From a virus (lineage: Duplodnaviria; Caudoviricetes), in the IMG/VR virus record IMGVR_UViG_3300025916_000012, positions 853 through 64,852 of that record: a stretch of 64,000 nt of DNA, one strand, 5' to 3'. Below are positions 35,694-46,113 of the stretch, piece by piece. How positions within the stretch are numbered: the stretch's first letter is position 1; each line of letters starts with the position of its first letter. A model generated the notes under the pieces. The model worked only from the letters and a program-made list of their open reading frames with translations. It did no database searches and was not told the DNA's origin. A program made the position numbers and the translations under genes.

Positions 35694-36313
35694 TACTTGG
35701 CGCCAGGTGTTCCCAGGCTGTACCAGGCGGCGTTCTTGCCCTTCTCGGCGCCGGCCCAGCCGCCTTCCTTCGCCTGCCATGCGTGCCAGATTTGGCCGCT
35801 CTTGTCCTCGACGAAGACCTCGAACCGGCCGTCCTTCATGGTTCCGACTGCTAGTGCCACGGTGTCCTCCGGAGGTGTGGGGATAGGTGCTGGTGTTGCC
35901 TGCCCATATGGTCCCGGATCTTCCCCGGTCCAATGGCCGGCTTGGTAAAGAATGTGCCACCACTCGCTCTGAGCATCCGACCACTGCTTAGACCAGCCGT
36001 ACTTGGCGCCGATCTGATCGACCATCACGCGCATCTGCGGAGTGGCCAGGTCCACCGCTGTGCCCCAGCCGTGGTTGCTCGTGCCGGGAACGGCAGCGAG
36101 GTTGCCTCTCCCGCTCAGATACAGGGCGTAGAGCTCCTGCTGCTGGGCGTAGCTGCGGTAGGAAGACTTCGAGCCGGTGGGGTACAGCTCGAGCCCACGC
36201 TCTCGCGCCTCGACGTTCATGGCGTTCCAAGCCGCCGCACAGTCCTTGCGTAGTTGTCCCTGAGCGATGGGGGCCAGCGAGGAGGCGGGTAGCTGTCCGT
36301 TGCTGGCCATCAT
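35693..36313 (-). CDS. Endolysin, M15 (VanY-like) peptidase
   Basis: SYRSYAQQ..AAVPGTSNHGWGTAVDL..EWWH. Confidence 0.85.
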   Translation of the reverse strand: MMASNGQLPASSLAPIAQGQLRKDCAAAWNAMNVEARERGLELYPTGSKSSYRSYAQQQELYALYLSGRGNLAAVPGTSNHGWGTAVDLATPQMRVMVDQIGAKYGWSKQWSDAQSEWWHILYQAGHWTGEDPGPYGQATPAPIPTPPEDTVALAVGTMKDGRFEVFVEDKSGQIWHAWQAKEGGWAGAEKGKNAAWYSLGTPGAK

Positions 36314-38001
36314 GAGATGTTGAGCTCGAAGGCATTCATGCGCTCGAGCAGTGCCTGGATGTCGTCAGGGGGCGAGTCCAGGCTGATCGAATTGGCCTTG
36401 CTCGCATCGTCGTATTGGGTCTTGACGATCCGCCGCGCACTGGTATCGGAGGCATCGAGGAAGGTGATCCAGTCGCCGGCTCGAACCATCCAGGAGGGCC
36501 ACGAGACTCCGGTCGTGGCGTCCTCGACGTAGCCGATCAGGTTGGCCTGGCCGGCGGTGTTCGAGCTCTTGAGCTCCTCCAGGTAGCGAGCGCCGATGCT
36601 GATTGCCCCCTGGAGCTCGGACGTGTTGACGTTCAGCGGCGGGGTGTAGCGCGTAATGCCCGCAGCCGTAGCCGGGTTTGCGGGGTCTGGGTCGTACAGG
36701 CTCGCATCGGTGTACTGGGTGTTGGCACCGGGTGGGCCCACCGAACGGGAGGTACCGACCTCGTCGGCATAGGTGATGATCACCCCGTTGTAGATGCGAT
36801 CCACCTGGGGCCCCGTGTCTGCCAGCTGCGCCTCACGAACTCTCGAGACCCAGTTGCGGCCACGCTGGCCCCAGCCGTTCATGTAGTACATCGGGCCCTC
36901 CCATACGGCCCAGTCGAGCAGGTCGTACTTGCTGACGTCCTTGATCATCTCCGAGACCGTGGTGGGATCGAAGTAGGCCGCTTGCGGGATGACGAACGTG
37001 GTGGGCTGAATCGTGCCTGTTGGCCCGATGCTGAAGTCGAGCAGCGGAGCCCAGCGAGCCAGCGCATTAGCCACGACGTCGGAGGCCAGAACCCCGATGC
37101 CTCCGCTCTGGCCAAGTGCGCCTGCGATGGGGATGCCCGAACGACCAACCACGCCTAGGAAGGTCCAGTTGAGCGCATAGTTCACGGCCTCGATGCCTCC
37201 GCCCCCCTGGTAGCTCAAGAGGACATACGCGACCGTATGAGCCGGGTCGGTGGGTGTAAACACACCTGAGCCTGGCCCGGCTGCACGTAGCGTTGTAACG
37301 ATCTGGTAGGCGGTCTGGTTGGGGTCGTGGGCCAGGTAGACGTACCAGTTCCAGTTGTTGTCGGCAGGGTCGATCGCCGACGCTGTAGTCCCCGTAGGGT
37401 CGGCCGGTCGCATCCACGCGTAGTAGAGACTGCTCAGGGGAATGCCCTTGGCGTCGTACATCATCTTGCACTCGTGCGTCCGAACCCACGGGCCACTGAA
37501 TCCGACGGACAGCGCCGGCAGGCCTGTGGTGGGGTCGGAGACCGTGCTCCCATCGTCAGCGTCGGCACCGGCGATGTAGTCCGCAGCTTTCAGTGACGAC
37601 GTGATCGCCGTCCAGTTGGCAAAGCTCGAATCTATGTAGATCTCTCGAGCTGAGGTGTTGTCATCGAGGTGCGACTGCCAGCCCACGAGCTCGACGTTGA
37701 CCGAGCTCTGATCGCCGCTCTGGCGCGGAGAGGCCTGGATGCGGCCCTCCCAGGCGATGTCGCCGCCTACGCCCTTCCACCGCACGGTGTCGAACTCTCC
37801 GATGTCAGCGAAGAAGCGGCGCATGTCGCGAGGCAGGCTGACGCTGGCCGACTCAAAGCCTCCCGGCATCGTGGTCGAGAAGCTCAGGCCGTTGGGCAGA
37901 TTGTTGGGGTCGCGAGCATCCCCGGCCCAGCGCGCGTAGGGCCCGTTGAAAACCTGGACCTCGCCATTGAGGCGCAGGGGCATGCGCTCCCGGACTCTCA
38001 T
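36310..38001 (-). CDS. Minor tail (Tal/hub-like) protein
   Basis: Position after the distal tail gene; 563 aa. Confidence 0.65.
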   Translation of the reverse strand: MRVRERMPLRLNGEVQVFNGPYARWAGDARDPNNLPNGLSFSTTMPGGFESASVSLPRDMRRFFADIGEFDTVRWKGVGGDIAWEGRIQASPRQSGDQSSVNVELVGWQSHLDDNTSAREIYIDSSFANWTAITSSLKAADYIAGADADDGSTVSDPTTGLPALSVGFSGPWVRTHECKMMYDAKGIPLSSLYYAWMRPADPTGTTASAIDPADNNWNWYVYLAHDPNQTAYQIVTTLRAAGPGSGVFTPTDPAHTVAYVLLSYQGGGGIEAVNYALNWTFLGVVGRSGIPIAGALGQSGGIGVLASDVVANALARWAPLLDFSIGPTGTIQPTTFVIPQAAYFDPTTVSEMIKDVSKYDLLDWAVWEGPMYYMNGWGQRGRNWVSRVREAQLADTGPQVDRIYNGVIITYADEVGTSRSVGPPGANTQYTDASLYDPDPANPATAAGITRYTPPLNVNTSELQGAISIGARYLEELKSSNTAGQANLIGYVEDATTGVSWPSWMVRAGDWITFLDASDTSARRIVKTQYDDASKANSISLDSPPDDIQALLERMNAFELNIS

Positions 38002-40163
38002 TGGCCCAGCAGCCAGCAGGGTCGATAGTTGACCTGGGCGGTGAAGGGGTCAAAGCCCGAGTCGGCCACGCTTGCCAGGTCGCCTCGCGAGGTCTTGAGC
38101 AGCATCTCGACTGGGCGACCCTCGAGCCCCGAGACGGGCAGGCGCGGGTAGTCGCCCGTACGACGAGACATCGGAATCCCATCCCGGAAGAAGCCATCCG
38201 AACGGAGCTCTGCGGGGCCAGCGCCTGACGGCGCTGCCAGCACGGCGTCGGAGTTTGCGCTGCGGACCGAGAAGTTGTCGTAGTAGCGCGAAGCGGCCCC
38301 AGTGCCAGGGGCGTGGTCGTTGATGCCCACATTGCCGGTAGCCAGCGAGCCACTCGGGTTGGCGAGTTCCTGATGCCAGCCCTGAAGCACGACGATCGGG
38401 GATTGCCCGCCTCGGGTAAACAGCTGACCGAAGGCCTGGCCACCGAACAGCACCCGGAGGTTGAGCGTCATCCAGGTGTCGTGGTAGTTGAGGATCGGCG
38501 CCGACCCCAGCTGCGCCACCAGACCCGCGCCGTAAGCGACCCACAGGTTCAGCGCAGCAGCGCCGTTGGAGTAGCTGGCCACCAGGATGCAGGACTTGCC
38601 GGCGTTGTAGCGAGCAAAGATTGCCTGGTTGAAGAAGGTCGCCGAGGTCAGGGCGCCACCGAAGTAGAAGTCGCACTGGACCTCGACGTTCGTCGCGCTA
38701 TAGCTGAGCACCGCAAAGCGGCCGGCGGTGGGGTTGCCGGGGCCATCACTGACCGTCGTGCGCGTCAGGGCAAACCCATTGGGCTGAGCCACTGCGACGA
38801 GGTCGCCGGTCCCACCTGAGCTGCTCCAGGTCCCGCCCGAGGCTGCCGTTCGACCATTGACTCCCGCTCCCGCAGTCATGGTGTCGAAGGTGTCGGATCC
38901 GACTAGGGGCTGGACTCCGGTGACCAGTAGTGGGGGTGCGGTGGGGAACCACGAGCCCTCGTCGAGGGGCACGAACCACAGCCGGTCGATGTATACGTCC
39001 TTCGCGCTGAGCCCCGGCGTACCGTAGGCCTGGATCGAGGCTGCCCAGGTCGATGGGTTGTTCGGCTGTCCCGGCAGCTGTGGAAGGATCACCTGGCCCA
39101 GGTCCATGATGAAGAAGGCCTGTGAGCCTGGGATCTGCACCATGGGGTTGATCGTCTTGTACGGCGCAGGACTGGTCGACCAGGCCAGGCGAAGCAAAAT
39201 GGGTGGATCTGACGAGCCGGGCGCATTGCCGTTGGTCGTGTAGACACGGGCCAGAACTCGATAGGTCCCAATGTGGGTGAGGTTGTCCCAGAGCGAAGGC
39301 ACGTGGGGAACTGCGAGGTCCACAACCGGCACCCAGGTGCCCTGCGCCAGACCCTGTTGCCTGCCCGCCGTGCCGTTGGTAGCACCCGTCAGCCCGGTCG
39401 AGACCAGCGTGGTCAGGATCGTCCCGGCGTAGAGGTTGGACGAGTCGAGGATCAGCGGGGCAGCGTTTCGGTAGGCGGTGTGGCTGCCGTCCTGCGGCGG
39501 TGAGTAGCGAGAGCGGAAGCCTCCGAACATCGCGTGCTGCTCGGCTCCCCCCGCACCATTGGTGACCACGATGCGCGTGCGCGCAGGGAAGTCGCCAGCG
39601 ATGAAGGCCTGGCTGCCGTTCTGTTGCAGCACGCCGCCGAAGTCACCGAACGCCGTGGACGTGACCGTGTCCAGCGTGATCTCCTGGCCGTAGAAGTCGG
39701 GCAACGCCGTGAGCGTGAGGCGCACGTTGGTCTCAAACTCCGCTGTCTCGCCCCAGACGTCGGGGAAGTTGAGCGCCGCGTCCACGATGTCGGCATAGAT
39801 GGGGCTGTAGGCGCCCGTGTCGGTCGTGCGCTTGAGCACCCCCCCTTCGGCCTGGATGCGCCCGATCTTGGCCGTGAGCATGCGCTTGGCCTGGTCGTAG
39901 GTCACGCCCGAGAGCTCGTCGGTGAACACGGCCAGTGGAATCACGATCGTGCGGTTGGGAATCAGGTAGTCCACCGGCGAGGCACCGATGCGCCCCTGCT
40001 CGGCCATGAACGCCGTGATGGCCGCATCGCCCCAGTCGATCCCTGCCTGGTCTACACGGATCGGGCCGCTGTTGAGATCGAGTTGCGAGTGGGTGCCGAC
40101 TATCACGTTCGGGTTGAACGCCGTGTTGGCCTCGGGCGGGTCCAGAACTAGGCCGAAGGTCAC
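37998..40163 (-). CDS. Distal tail-like protein with inserted carbohydrate-binding domains
   Basis: Directly downstream of the tape measure; beta-sandwich insert. Confidence 0.65.
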   Translation of the reverse strand: MTFGLVLDPPEANTAFNPNVIVGTHSQLDLNSGPIRVDQAGIDWGDAAITAFMAEQGRIGASPVDYLIPNRTIVIPLAVFTDELSGVTYDQAKRMLTAKIGRIQAEGGVLKRTTDTGAYSPIYADIVDAALNFPDVWGETAEFETNVRLTLTALPDFYGQEITLDTVTSTAFGDFGGVLQQNGSQAFIAGDFPARTRIVVTNGAGGAEQHAMFGGFRSRYSPPQDGSHTAYRNAAPLILDSSNLYAGTILTTLVSTGLTGATNGTAGRQQGLAQGTWVPVVDLAVPHVPSLWDNLTHIGTYRVLARVYTTNGNAPGSSDPPILLRLAWSTSPAPYKTINPMVQIPGSQAFFIMDLGQVILPQLPGQPNNPSTWAASIQAYGTPGLSAKDVYIDRLWFVPLDEGSWFPTAPPLLVTGVQPLVGSDTFDTMTAGAGVNGRTAASGGTWSSSGGTGDLVAVAQPNGFALTRTTVSDGPGNPTAGRFAVLSYSATNVEVQCDFYFGGALTSATFFNQAIFARYNAGKSCILVASYSNGAAALNLWVAYGAGLVAQLGSAPILNYHDTWMTLNLRVLFGGQAFGQLFTRGGQSPIVVLQGWHQELANPSGSLATGNVGINDHAPGTGAASRYYDNFSVRSANSDAVLAAPSGAGPAELRSDGFFRDGIPMSRRTGDYPRLPVSGLEGRPVEMLLKTSRGDLASVADSGFDPFTAQVNYRPCWLLGQ

Positions 40164-43100
40164 CGCTGAATTCCTCCTCCGTTGCCAGGTAGCCGGCGCT
40201 GGACGCTGCGGGTCATACGCCGATTGACCATGTCCATAACGTGCTCGACGTCGTCGACCTGCACTCGAGTACGGAAGTCTTCGAGCGAGACCTTGACGTT
40301 GTTGTTGACATCGGGCGCCTTGATGATCTCGCCACCGTGGACGATCGCCGTACGAGGAGCACCGAGTGGCCCGGGGACGATTCCACCGGTGGCAAACGAG
40401 CCCGCGTAGGGAGGCAGGGCGATTCCTCCGAACGACGGCGGGCGTCCACCGAACCCCGGGTAGATGGGCATGCCCCGCAACGCGGCGGTCTGGGCCTGGC
40501 TGATCGCGAACTTGAGCGCGTTCTGCTGGGCGATGTCCTGGTAGTAGCCAGCGAGCACCGAGTTGTCGATCGTGTCCTGAGCGGGCGCCACCTTGAGCAG
40601 CTTGTCCTGACCGACCGACGTAGCCAGCGATTCGACCTGGGTGCGCTGGTCATACGCTGCGCCCTGGCTCTGGGTGTCGATGCGCATGAATTTGCCCTGA
40701 TCGCTCCAGACCACGGTGCCCAGCTTGTCGGCCACGCCCTCGAGCAAGGAGATCGACTTATCGACCTCGACGTCGCCGGTGGCTCCAGGCTCGCCCGCGA
40801 GCACGCCCTTCAGCGTCTTGACCCGAGTGTGCATCGTCACGTCGTTGGCACGGAGGCCCGAGAGCTCGCGGTTGTACTGGTAACGCAGCTTGGCAATGTC
40901 GTTCTTGCGCTTGCGGTTCTTGGTGTTGGCCTTGTCGAGCGCCTCGTTGAGCGGGAGCAGAGCCCCTCGCTCACGTAGGCGGGCGTCGTTGAGTTCGCCC
41001 TGGAGAGCCCCTTTGTGGTCAGAGTTCCACTTGATCGCCGCTGCTCGTGCAGCTTGGTTCTGAGCCCGCTTGGTCTTGTTGGTGCCCCGATACAGCGGGG
41101 GCACCGTTCGGGGTTGGAAGTGCTTGACCTTGCCCTCGGCGGCGAGAATGCGCGGGTCCCAGTAGTGCTTGACCTTCTTGATTGCGTCGCGCAGCGCCCC
41201 GACCACGTCCTTGGTGGGCTTGCTCAGCGCCTGGCGCGCGCGCTCGAGGTTGACCTCCTTGATTCGGTTCTTGGTCAGCTTGCTGTTGAGCGTGTCGATC
41301 TCCTTCTGGGTGTGGCTGCGAACGCCCAGCCACTTGCGCAGCTCGTTGCTCACCGGCCCGATCTCGTGCAGGTAGTCCTGCCACAGGCGGTAGGCGATGA
41401 TGTAGAGGGTCTGGTCGTCCTGGAGCTTCTTGGCAATCCCGGCCGCGTTGAGCGAGCCGTCCTCAGCGAGGAACTGCAGCTGGCCCTCGTCGGTGGAGAA
41501 GCGACCCGACATCGAGTTGAAGCGGGCGGTCCAGGTGGCGATGTCTTGCTCGAGTGCGTTGACCTTGGCACCGGCCTTGCTCAGAACCCCCAGCTGCCGG
41601 CCCGTGGATGGGCTGACCACCGAGTGGCGGCGGTGGCCTGGGCGTCCGGTTCCATATCCGGACCCTCGCTGGCGGGGCGCTGTGGCCATGTGCCCCGTTG
41701 CAGCAGGAATGAAGCCACCCCGAGCCATCGGGATGAAGCCACCACGGGAATTGAGGCCCAGCTGGCGAGCAGACCTAGGACCCCCGCTGGTGCCTGCGCC
41801 GCTGTGCAGTCGCCAGGTCACATCAGCTAAGCCAGGGAAATTCAATGCGTCCTTCGCAGGACCCGTAAAGTCGATAGCTCGAACGTGACCGTTGACGCCT
41901 GCGCCACCAGCACCCACATCGAGTTTCGGGATGACGATGTGCCTGCCTCCATAACCAACTTCAATGTTCGTGCCGAATGGCAATCCACCAAGTGCGCTCC
42001 AGTTATGAGACGCGGGCGGATTGGAAAGCTCAGCGAAACCTTGAACCGCCTGAACATCGGGAACTAGACCACCAGCACCGGTTCCATGGTCGGAGTACCA
42101 AGACGCTGTAACTACCGGCCCCACTACGCCGCCACCGAGAGAGTCACCGCCATCGCCGGTCATGGGACCGGTGGGCATCGAGCGCAGAACCATCTTGTTG
42201 GCCGCGTCGGCCTCCATCTTCACGGCTCGCCGAGCGAGCGTGGGGATCGTGCCCTTGCCCGCGATCTTCGGCGTGGGGATCAGACCTCCCGAAGCTGGGG
42301 CATGGCGAACTTGGAACGCCGCCAGATAGCTGTCGCTCGGCCTATCGAACCAGCCCGCGCCACCTCCGGGGTTGGAACCCGAGGTACCAAAGAACCGGCC
42401 ACCCAGGCTCATGATCGCGTGGCCGGTGGGGCCATCGGGGCCGTGGGCATAGATCGTGATCAGGCCAGGACCCGGCAGGAAGCTCGTAGAGAGCTCCTGC
42501 GAGGCCAGTGGGCTACGCAGTAGCCCCGCCGAGTGCAAGACCGCTGAGACGGCTCCTGAGCAGTCGTAGGGACCGCTGAAGGACATGTTGTGCCCGCCAC
42601 CGAGCACGTAGGAGTAGTGCTTGGCGTCGATGGAGTTGGCTTCCTTGACCATCGTCGCGAAGCCACCGCCGGCGAACTTGGGCCGCGACCAGTTGGGCAC
42701 TGGTCCTCCCGTGCTGAAGCGCGGGGTTGCGTAGTGGGGCTGGGTGACGTTGGCGAACATGCCCTGCATTCCACCCATCGGAGCCAGGGCTCGATCCATG
42801 ACCGCCTGCTGGGCTGCGTTGAACACGGCCACCCGCTCACCTCGGCCGGCGAGGATGTTCACGGGTACGTCGTCGGCTCCACGATCCCCCGGGTTGCCGA
42901 TCTGCAGCAGACCCCGGGCAGCCTGGGTGCCATGACCACTACCCCCCGCCCTGCCCGTGTTGAGGTACTTCAGGTAGCTCTCGACGCTCGCTGCATCCTT
43001 GAACGCAGCCTTGGGGACCCGGGCTGCTCCGAAGGCCACCAGGGTGGCATTCAGGGCATCGACCAGGAGGCCGGTCGCGGTCTGTGTGGCCAGGGCTCCG

Positions 43101-46060
43101 GACTTGACTGCCGCGTTGATGTTGGTGGCCAGCTGGTTGAAGTTGTCGGTGGCAGCGTCTTTGGCCTTCTGCGATCCGTCGCGTAGAGAGTCCTTCATGT
43201 TGCCGGCCTTATTCTCGACCTGCTTGGCCATGTCACCCATGTCTTCGCTGACCTGCCGCTTGAGCAATCTGAACTCAGCGGTGGCTCGTTTGCGAATCCC
43301 GGGGATGTCCGAGTTCATATCCCGCTTGATGTCACTAACCGCAGTGGTGACGTTCCTCCACAGATTCTTGGAGTCGATCTTGGTTGACACATCCAGGTAA
43401 CCGAAGTTCTTGGCCATGCCCCCCAGCGTCTCCTTGAGGTTCTTGCTGGCCGTATCGAACTTCATGGTGTCGGCGAAGTTCTTGGCCGTCTGTAAACCGT
43501 GAGTACGCAGGAACTTGTCGAGCTCGGGATAGCGCTGCTCGAGCACCTGGATGATTGCGTCAAAGTCCTTAGCCGGTAGCTTGCCCTTCTCTACCAGCCC
43601 GTGAGCGAACTGCAGCATCGTCTGAGCGGCTTTACCTCGTGCCTGTCGCGGCAGCTTGTCAAGCGAACCCTGGAAGTCTCTGAGCAGCGTGGGTGGGCTA
43701 ATGAACTTGACCTTTGACAATTCACTAACGGTCACCTTGCCCGCAAGACGCCCGACCCGGGTGTACTTCGCATCAATCTCATGTTGCTCTTGAGGGGTGA
43801 GCTGAGTACTACCCGCGCCGAAAGTCTGACCTGTCCCCTGTCTCAGTAGCCGGTTGAGAACAACTTGATCTCCCGGACCACCCATGCCGGTCGGCCCCTT
43901 GGCCTGGGCACCGGGCAGATCACGTAGTGACTTCTCAAGATCGTTTCGAGCGTCAGTCAGTGCCTTGGTGAACCTGCTCTTGAGGTGTGAGCCCCAGGGA
44001 TCGGTGACCTTGTCGGCGAACTGTTCACCAAAGCCCTTGGGCTCGGGACCATTGAGCCAACGGAACAGAGCCTTGCCCAGCGTCGCCCCAGCAGGAGCGA
44101 ACAATGCCGCCATGCCTGCAACGCCCGCTGCACGCAGAGCCATACCCCCGGCCTTGGCAAATCCGGACGCAACCGATGCTTCCCTCTCGGCAGTCATCAG
44201 CGGACCAGCGGCCTCGGCTCCGGCCATCATCGGTGACTTGCCGGCCGAGGTCGGGAACATCCTGCGCGGCGGAGGCGCATAGACCGGTGGATAGAACTGC
44301 GCAGCGGTAGGCCGGAAGTGGGGCTTGCCCGCTGGGACGCTGCGCTCTCCACCACCGAGCGGGGCCGAGAAGGTCCCAGTCGTCCCCCGCGTCCCGGTCA
44401 TGGTGGGCGCGCCACCGCGCATCGGCGGCATGCCAGCACCAGTCATGTTGCCCACGACCATCTCGGCCACGCGCATCTGAGCGACCATGCTCGAGCCGCC
44501 ACCGCCGGCACCCCGGCCAGTCGCCAGGGCGCCCATGCCCTTGACCAGGCCCCAGGCCTTCTCGACGCCGTTGACGAACAGCTTCATGCCACCGAGGAAG
44601 AACGAGGCCACGCGCATCGCCGGCCCCACCGCAGCCACGATCAGGCCACCGGTGACGATCGCCTTCTGGGTGGCGGGAGAGAGTCGCTGGAAGGCGTTGA
44701 CGACCTTGTCGACCTCGTTGGCGACCATCGCCACGCCCTTGGCCGCGATCGGGAGAACCTTCTCTCCGATGCTGGTCAGGTCAGACTGAATCGAGGCCCA
44801 GGCCTGGTGAATCTTGTAGGCCGCTGTCTCCTGGGTACGCCGGACCTGCTCGCCGAAGCGCCCCTGGTTGACCCCAATCTGGTGCAGCTTGGACTCGTAG
44901 TTGGCGAGCTGGTTCATCAGCACCAGCAGCACCCGGCCACGACCGGCCGGGAAGATGTCGCCCAGCACCGCCTCCTGAGCGGTCTGGGCCGAGCCGAGCT
45001 CTTTCAGCTTGGCCTTGTACTTGTCGACGGCATCGGCTAGGCGTTTGCCGTGCAGGCCCGCACCTGCCATCTGGTCTGAGAACTTCTGCACCGCTGCGGC
45101 CATCTGGTCAGCAGTGAGAGCATGGCCGCCGCTCTTGGGGAAGGTCGCATCGAGGTGGCTCTGGAGGTCGCGCAGTGCGGTGAGCAGGCCCTCGGGCTTG
45201 TGCATGTCCCCGGCCAGCTGCCCGGTCTTGAGCCCGATCGCGCCCAGTGCATCGGAGGCCTTCTTGGTCGGGTCAAACAGGTAGTGCAGCGCGGTGCCCA
45301 TCTGGGTCGCCGCCGAGCTGACGTTGTAGCCCTCGTCGGACATGATCGCCAGTGCCGCGCCCACGTCCTTGAGCGAGAGGCCGGCGAGCTTGGCCATCGG
45401 CAGCACACCGGTACCGAGCGCGGTGACCAGGTCGCCCATGCGCATGTTCCCGGTACCGACGATCGCGTTCAGGGTCCCCATCGTCTTGCCGAGGTCCTGA
45501 GCGCCCTGGATCCCCGACAGCCAGGCCGAGCCCAGTGCCGTGGTCGTCTGCTCGAGGTTGGCGTGGCCAACCGCCGCGCCCTCGGCTGCGACCTTGAGGA
45601 CCTGCATCAGCGGAATCTGCTTGCGGGTCTGCAGCCCCACCTGCTCGAAGCTCTTGTTCAGCCGCAGCCCGATCGACTCGAGGTGGTACAGCGCATCGGC
45701 GAGCGGGACGGGTCCGTAGGGCACCGTCTTGGCCAGCGCCAGGACCTTGACCGAGAGCTTGTCGACCTCCTTCTGGGATGCACCCGCCTGGGTGTGGATG
45801 TTCTCCATCGCCGCCTGGAAGTCGATGGCCATCTTCCCGGCAGCGGCACCAATCCCGATGATCGGGATCGTCAGCCCTCGGGTCATGCTGTGGCCGACCG
45901 TCGAGAAGCGGGAGGACATGCGGCCCAGGCCGCCGGCCAGTCCCGTCTCCATCCGGCGGACCGAGCCCATCGTGATCGCTTCGGCCTCCGCCATGGTCCG
46001 GCGAAGCGGGGCGACGTTGGCCCTCAGCTCAAACAGCGCATCGCCCAGGTACTCAGGCAC
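40160..46060 (-). CDS. Tape measure protein with NlpC/P60-like and RlpA-like domains
   Basis: 1966 aa; TP901-type N-core; YVLGGGH..DCSGAVS..H; ASWY..LPFG..DVG..AIDF. Confidence 0.92.
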   Translation of the reverse strand: MPEYLGDALFELRANVAPLRRTMAEAEAITMGSVRRMETGLAGGLGRMSSRFSTVGHSMTRGLTIPIIGIGAAAGKMAIDFQAAMENIHTQAGASQKEVDKLSVKVLALAKTVPYGPVPLADALYHLESIGLRLNKSFEQVGLQTRKQIPLMQVLKVAAEGAAVGHANLEQTTTALGSAWLSGIQGAQDLGKTMGTLNAIVGTGNMRMGDLVTALGTGVLPMAKLAGLSLKDVGAALAIMSDEGYNVSSAATQMGTALHYLFDPTKKASDALGAIGLKTGQLAGDMHKPEGLLTALRDLQSHLDATFPKSGGHALTADQMAAAVQKFSDQMAGAGLHGKRLADAVDKYKAKLKELGSAQTAQEAVLGDIFPAGRGRVLLVLMNQLANYESKLHQIGVNQGRFGEQVRRTQETAAYKIHQAWASIQSDLTSIGEKVLPIAAKGVAMVANEVDKVVNAFQRLSPATQKAIVTGGLIVAAVGPAMRVASFFLGGMKLFVNGVEKAWGLVKGMGALATGRGAGGGGSSMVAQMRVAEMVVGNMTGAGMPPMRGGAPTMTGTRGTTGTFSAPLGGGERSVPAGKPHFRPTAAQFYPPVYAPPPRRMFPTSAGKSPMMAGAEAAGPLMTAEREASVASGFAKAGGMALRAAGVAGMAALFAPAGATLGKALFRWLNGPEPKGFGEQFADKVTDPWGSHLKSRFTKALTDARNDLEKSLRDLPGAQAKGPTGMGGPGDQVVLNRLLRQGTGQTFGAGSTQLTPQEQHEIDAKYTRVGRLAGKVTVSELSKVKFISPPTLLRDFQGSLDKLPRQARGKAAQTMLQFAHGLVEKGKLPAKDFDAIIQVLEQRYPELDKFLRTHGLQTAKNFADTMKFDTASKNLKETLGGMAKNFGYLDVSTKIDSKNLWRNVTTAVSDIKRDMNSDIPGIRKRATAEFRLLKRQVSEDMGDMAKQVENKAGNMKDSLRDGSQKAKDAATDNFNQLATNINAAVKSGALATQTATGLLVDALNATLVAFGAARVPKAAFKDAASVESYLKYLNTGRAGGSGHGTQAARGLLQIGNPGDRGADDVPVNILAGRGERVAVFNAAQQAVMDRALAPMGGMQGMFANVTQPHYATPRFSTGGPVPNWSRPKFAGGGFATMVKEANSIDAKHYSYVLGGGHNMSFSGPYDCSGAVSAVLHSAGLLRSPLASQELSTSFLPGPGLITIYAHGPDGPTGHAIMSLGGRFFGTSGSNPGGGAGWFDRPSDSYLAAFQVRHAPASGGLIPTPKIAGKGTIPTLARRAVKMEADAANKMVLRSMPTGPMTGDGGDSLGGGVVGPVVTASWYSDHGTGAGGLVPDVQAVQGFAELSNPPASHNWSALGGLPFGTNIEVGYGGRHIVIPKLDVGAGGAGVNGHVRAIDFTGPAKDALNFPGLADVTWRLHSGAGTSGGPRSARQLGLNSRGGFIPMARGGFIPAATGHMATAPRQRGSGYGTGRPGHRRHSVVSPSTGRQLGVLSKAGAKVNALEQDIATWTARFNSMSGRFSTDEGQLQFLAEDGSLNAAGIAKKLQDDQTLYIIAYRLWQDYLHEIGPVSNELRKWLGVRSHTQKEIDTLNSKLTKNRIKEVNLERARQALSKPTKDVVGALRDAIKKVKHYWDPRILAAEGKVKHFQPRTVPPLYRGTNKTKRAQNQAARAAAIKWNSDHKGALQGELNDARLRERGALLPLNEALDKANTKNRKRKNDIAKLRYQYNRELSGLRANDVTMHTRVKTLKGVLAGEPGATGDVEVDKSISLLEGVADKLGTVVWSDQGKFMRIDTQSQGAAYDQRTQVESLATSVGQDKLLKVAPAQDTIDNSVLAGYYQDIAQQNALKFAISQAQTAALRGMPIYPGFGGRPPSFGGIALPPYAGSFATGGIVPGPLGAPRTAIVHGGEIIKAPDVNNNVKVSLEDFRTRVQVDDVEHVMDMVNRRMTRSVQRRLPGNGGGIQR

Positions 46061-46113
46061 TCGCTACACCCCCTCAGAGGCCGTGTAAGCCGTTCTAAGC
46101 CCCTTCGGGGCGC

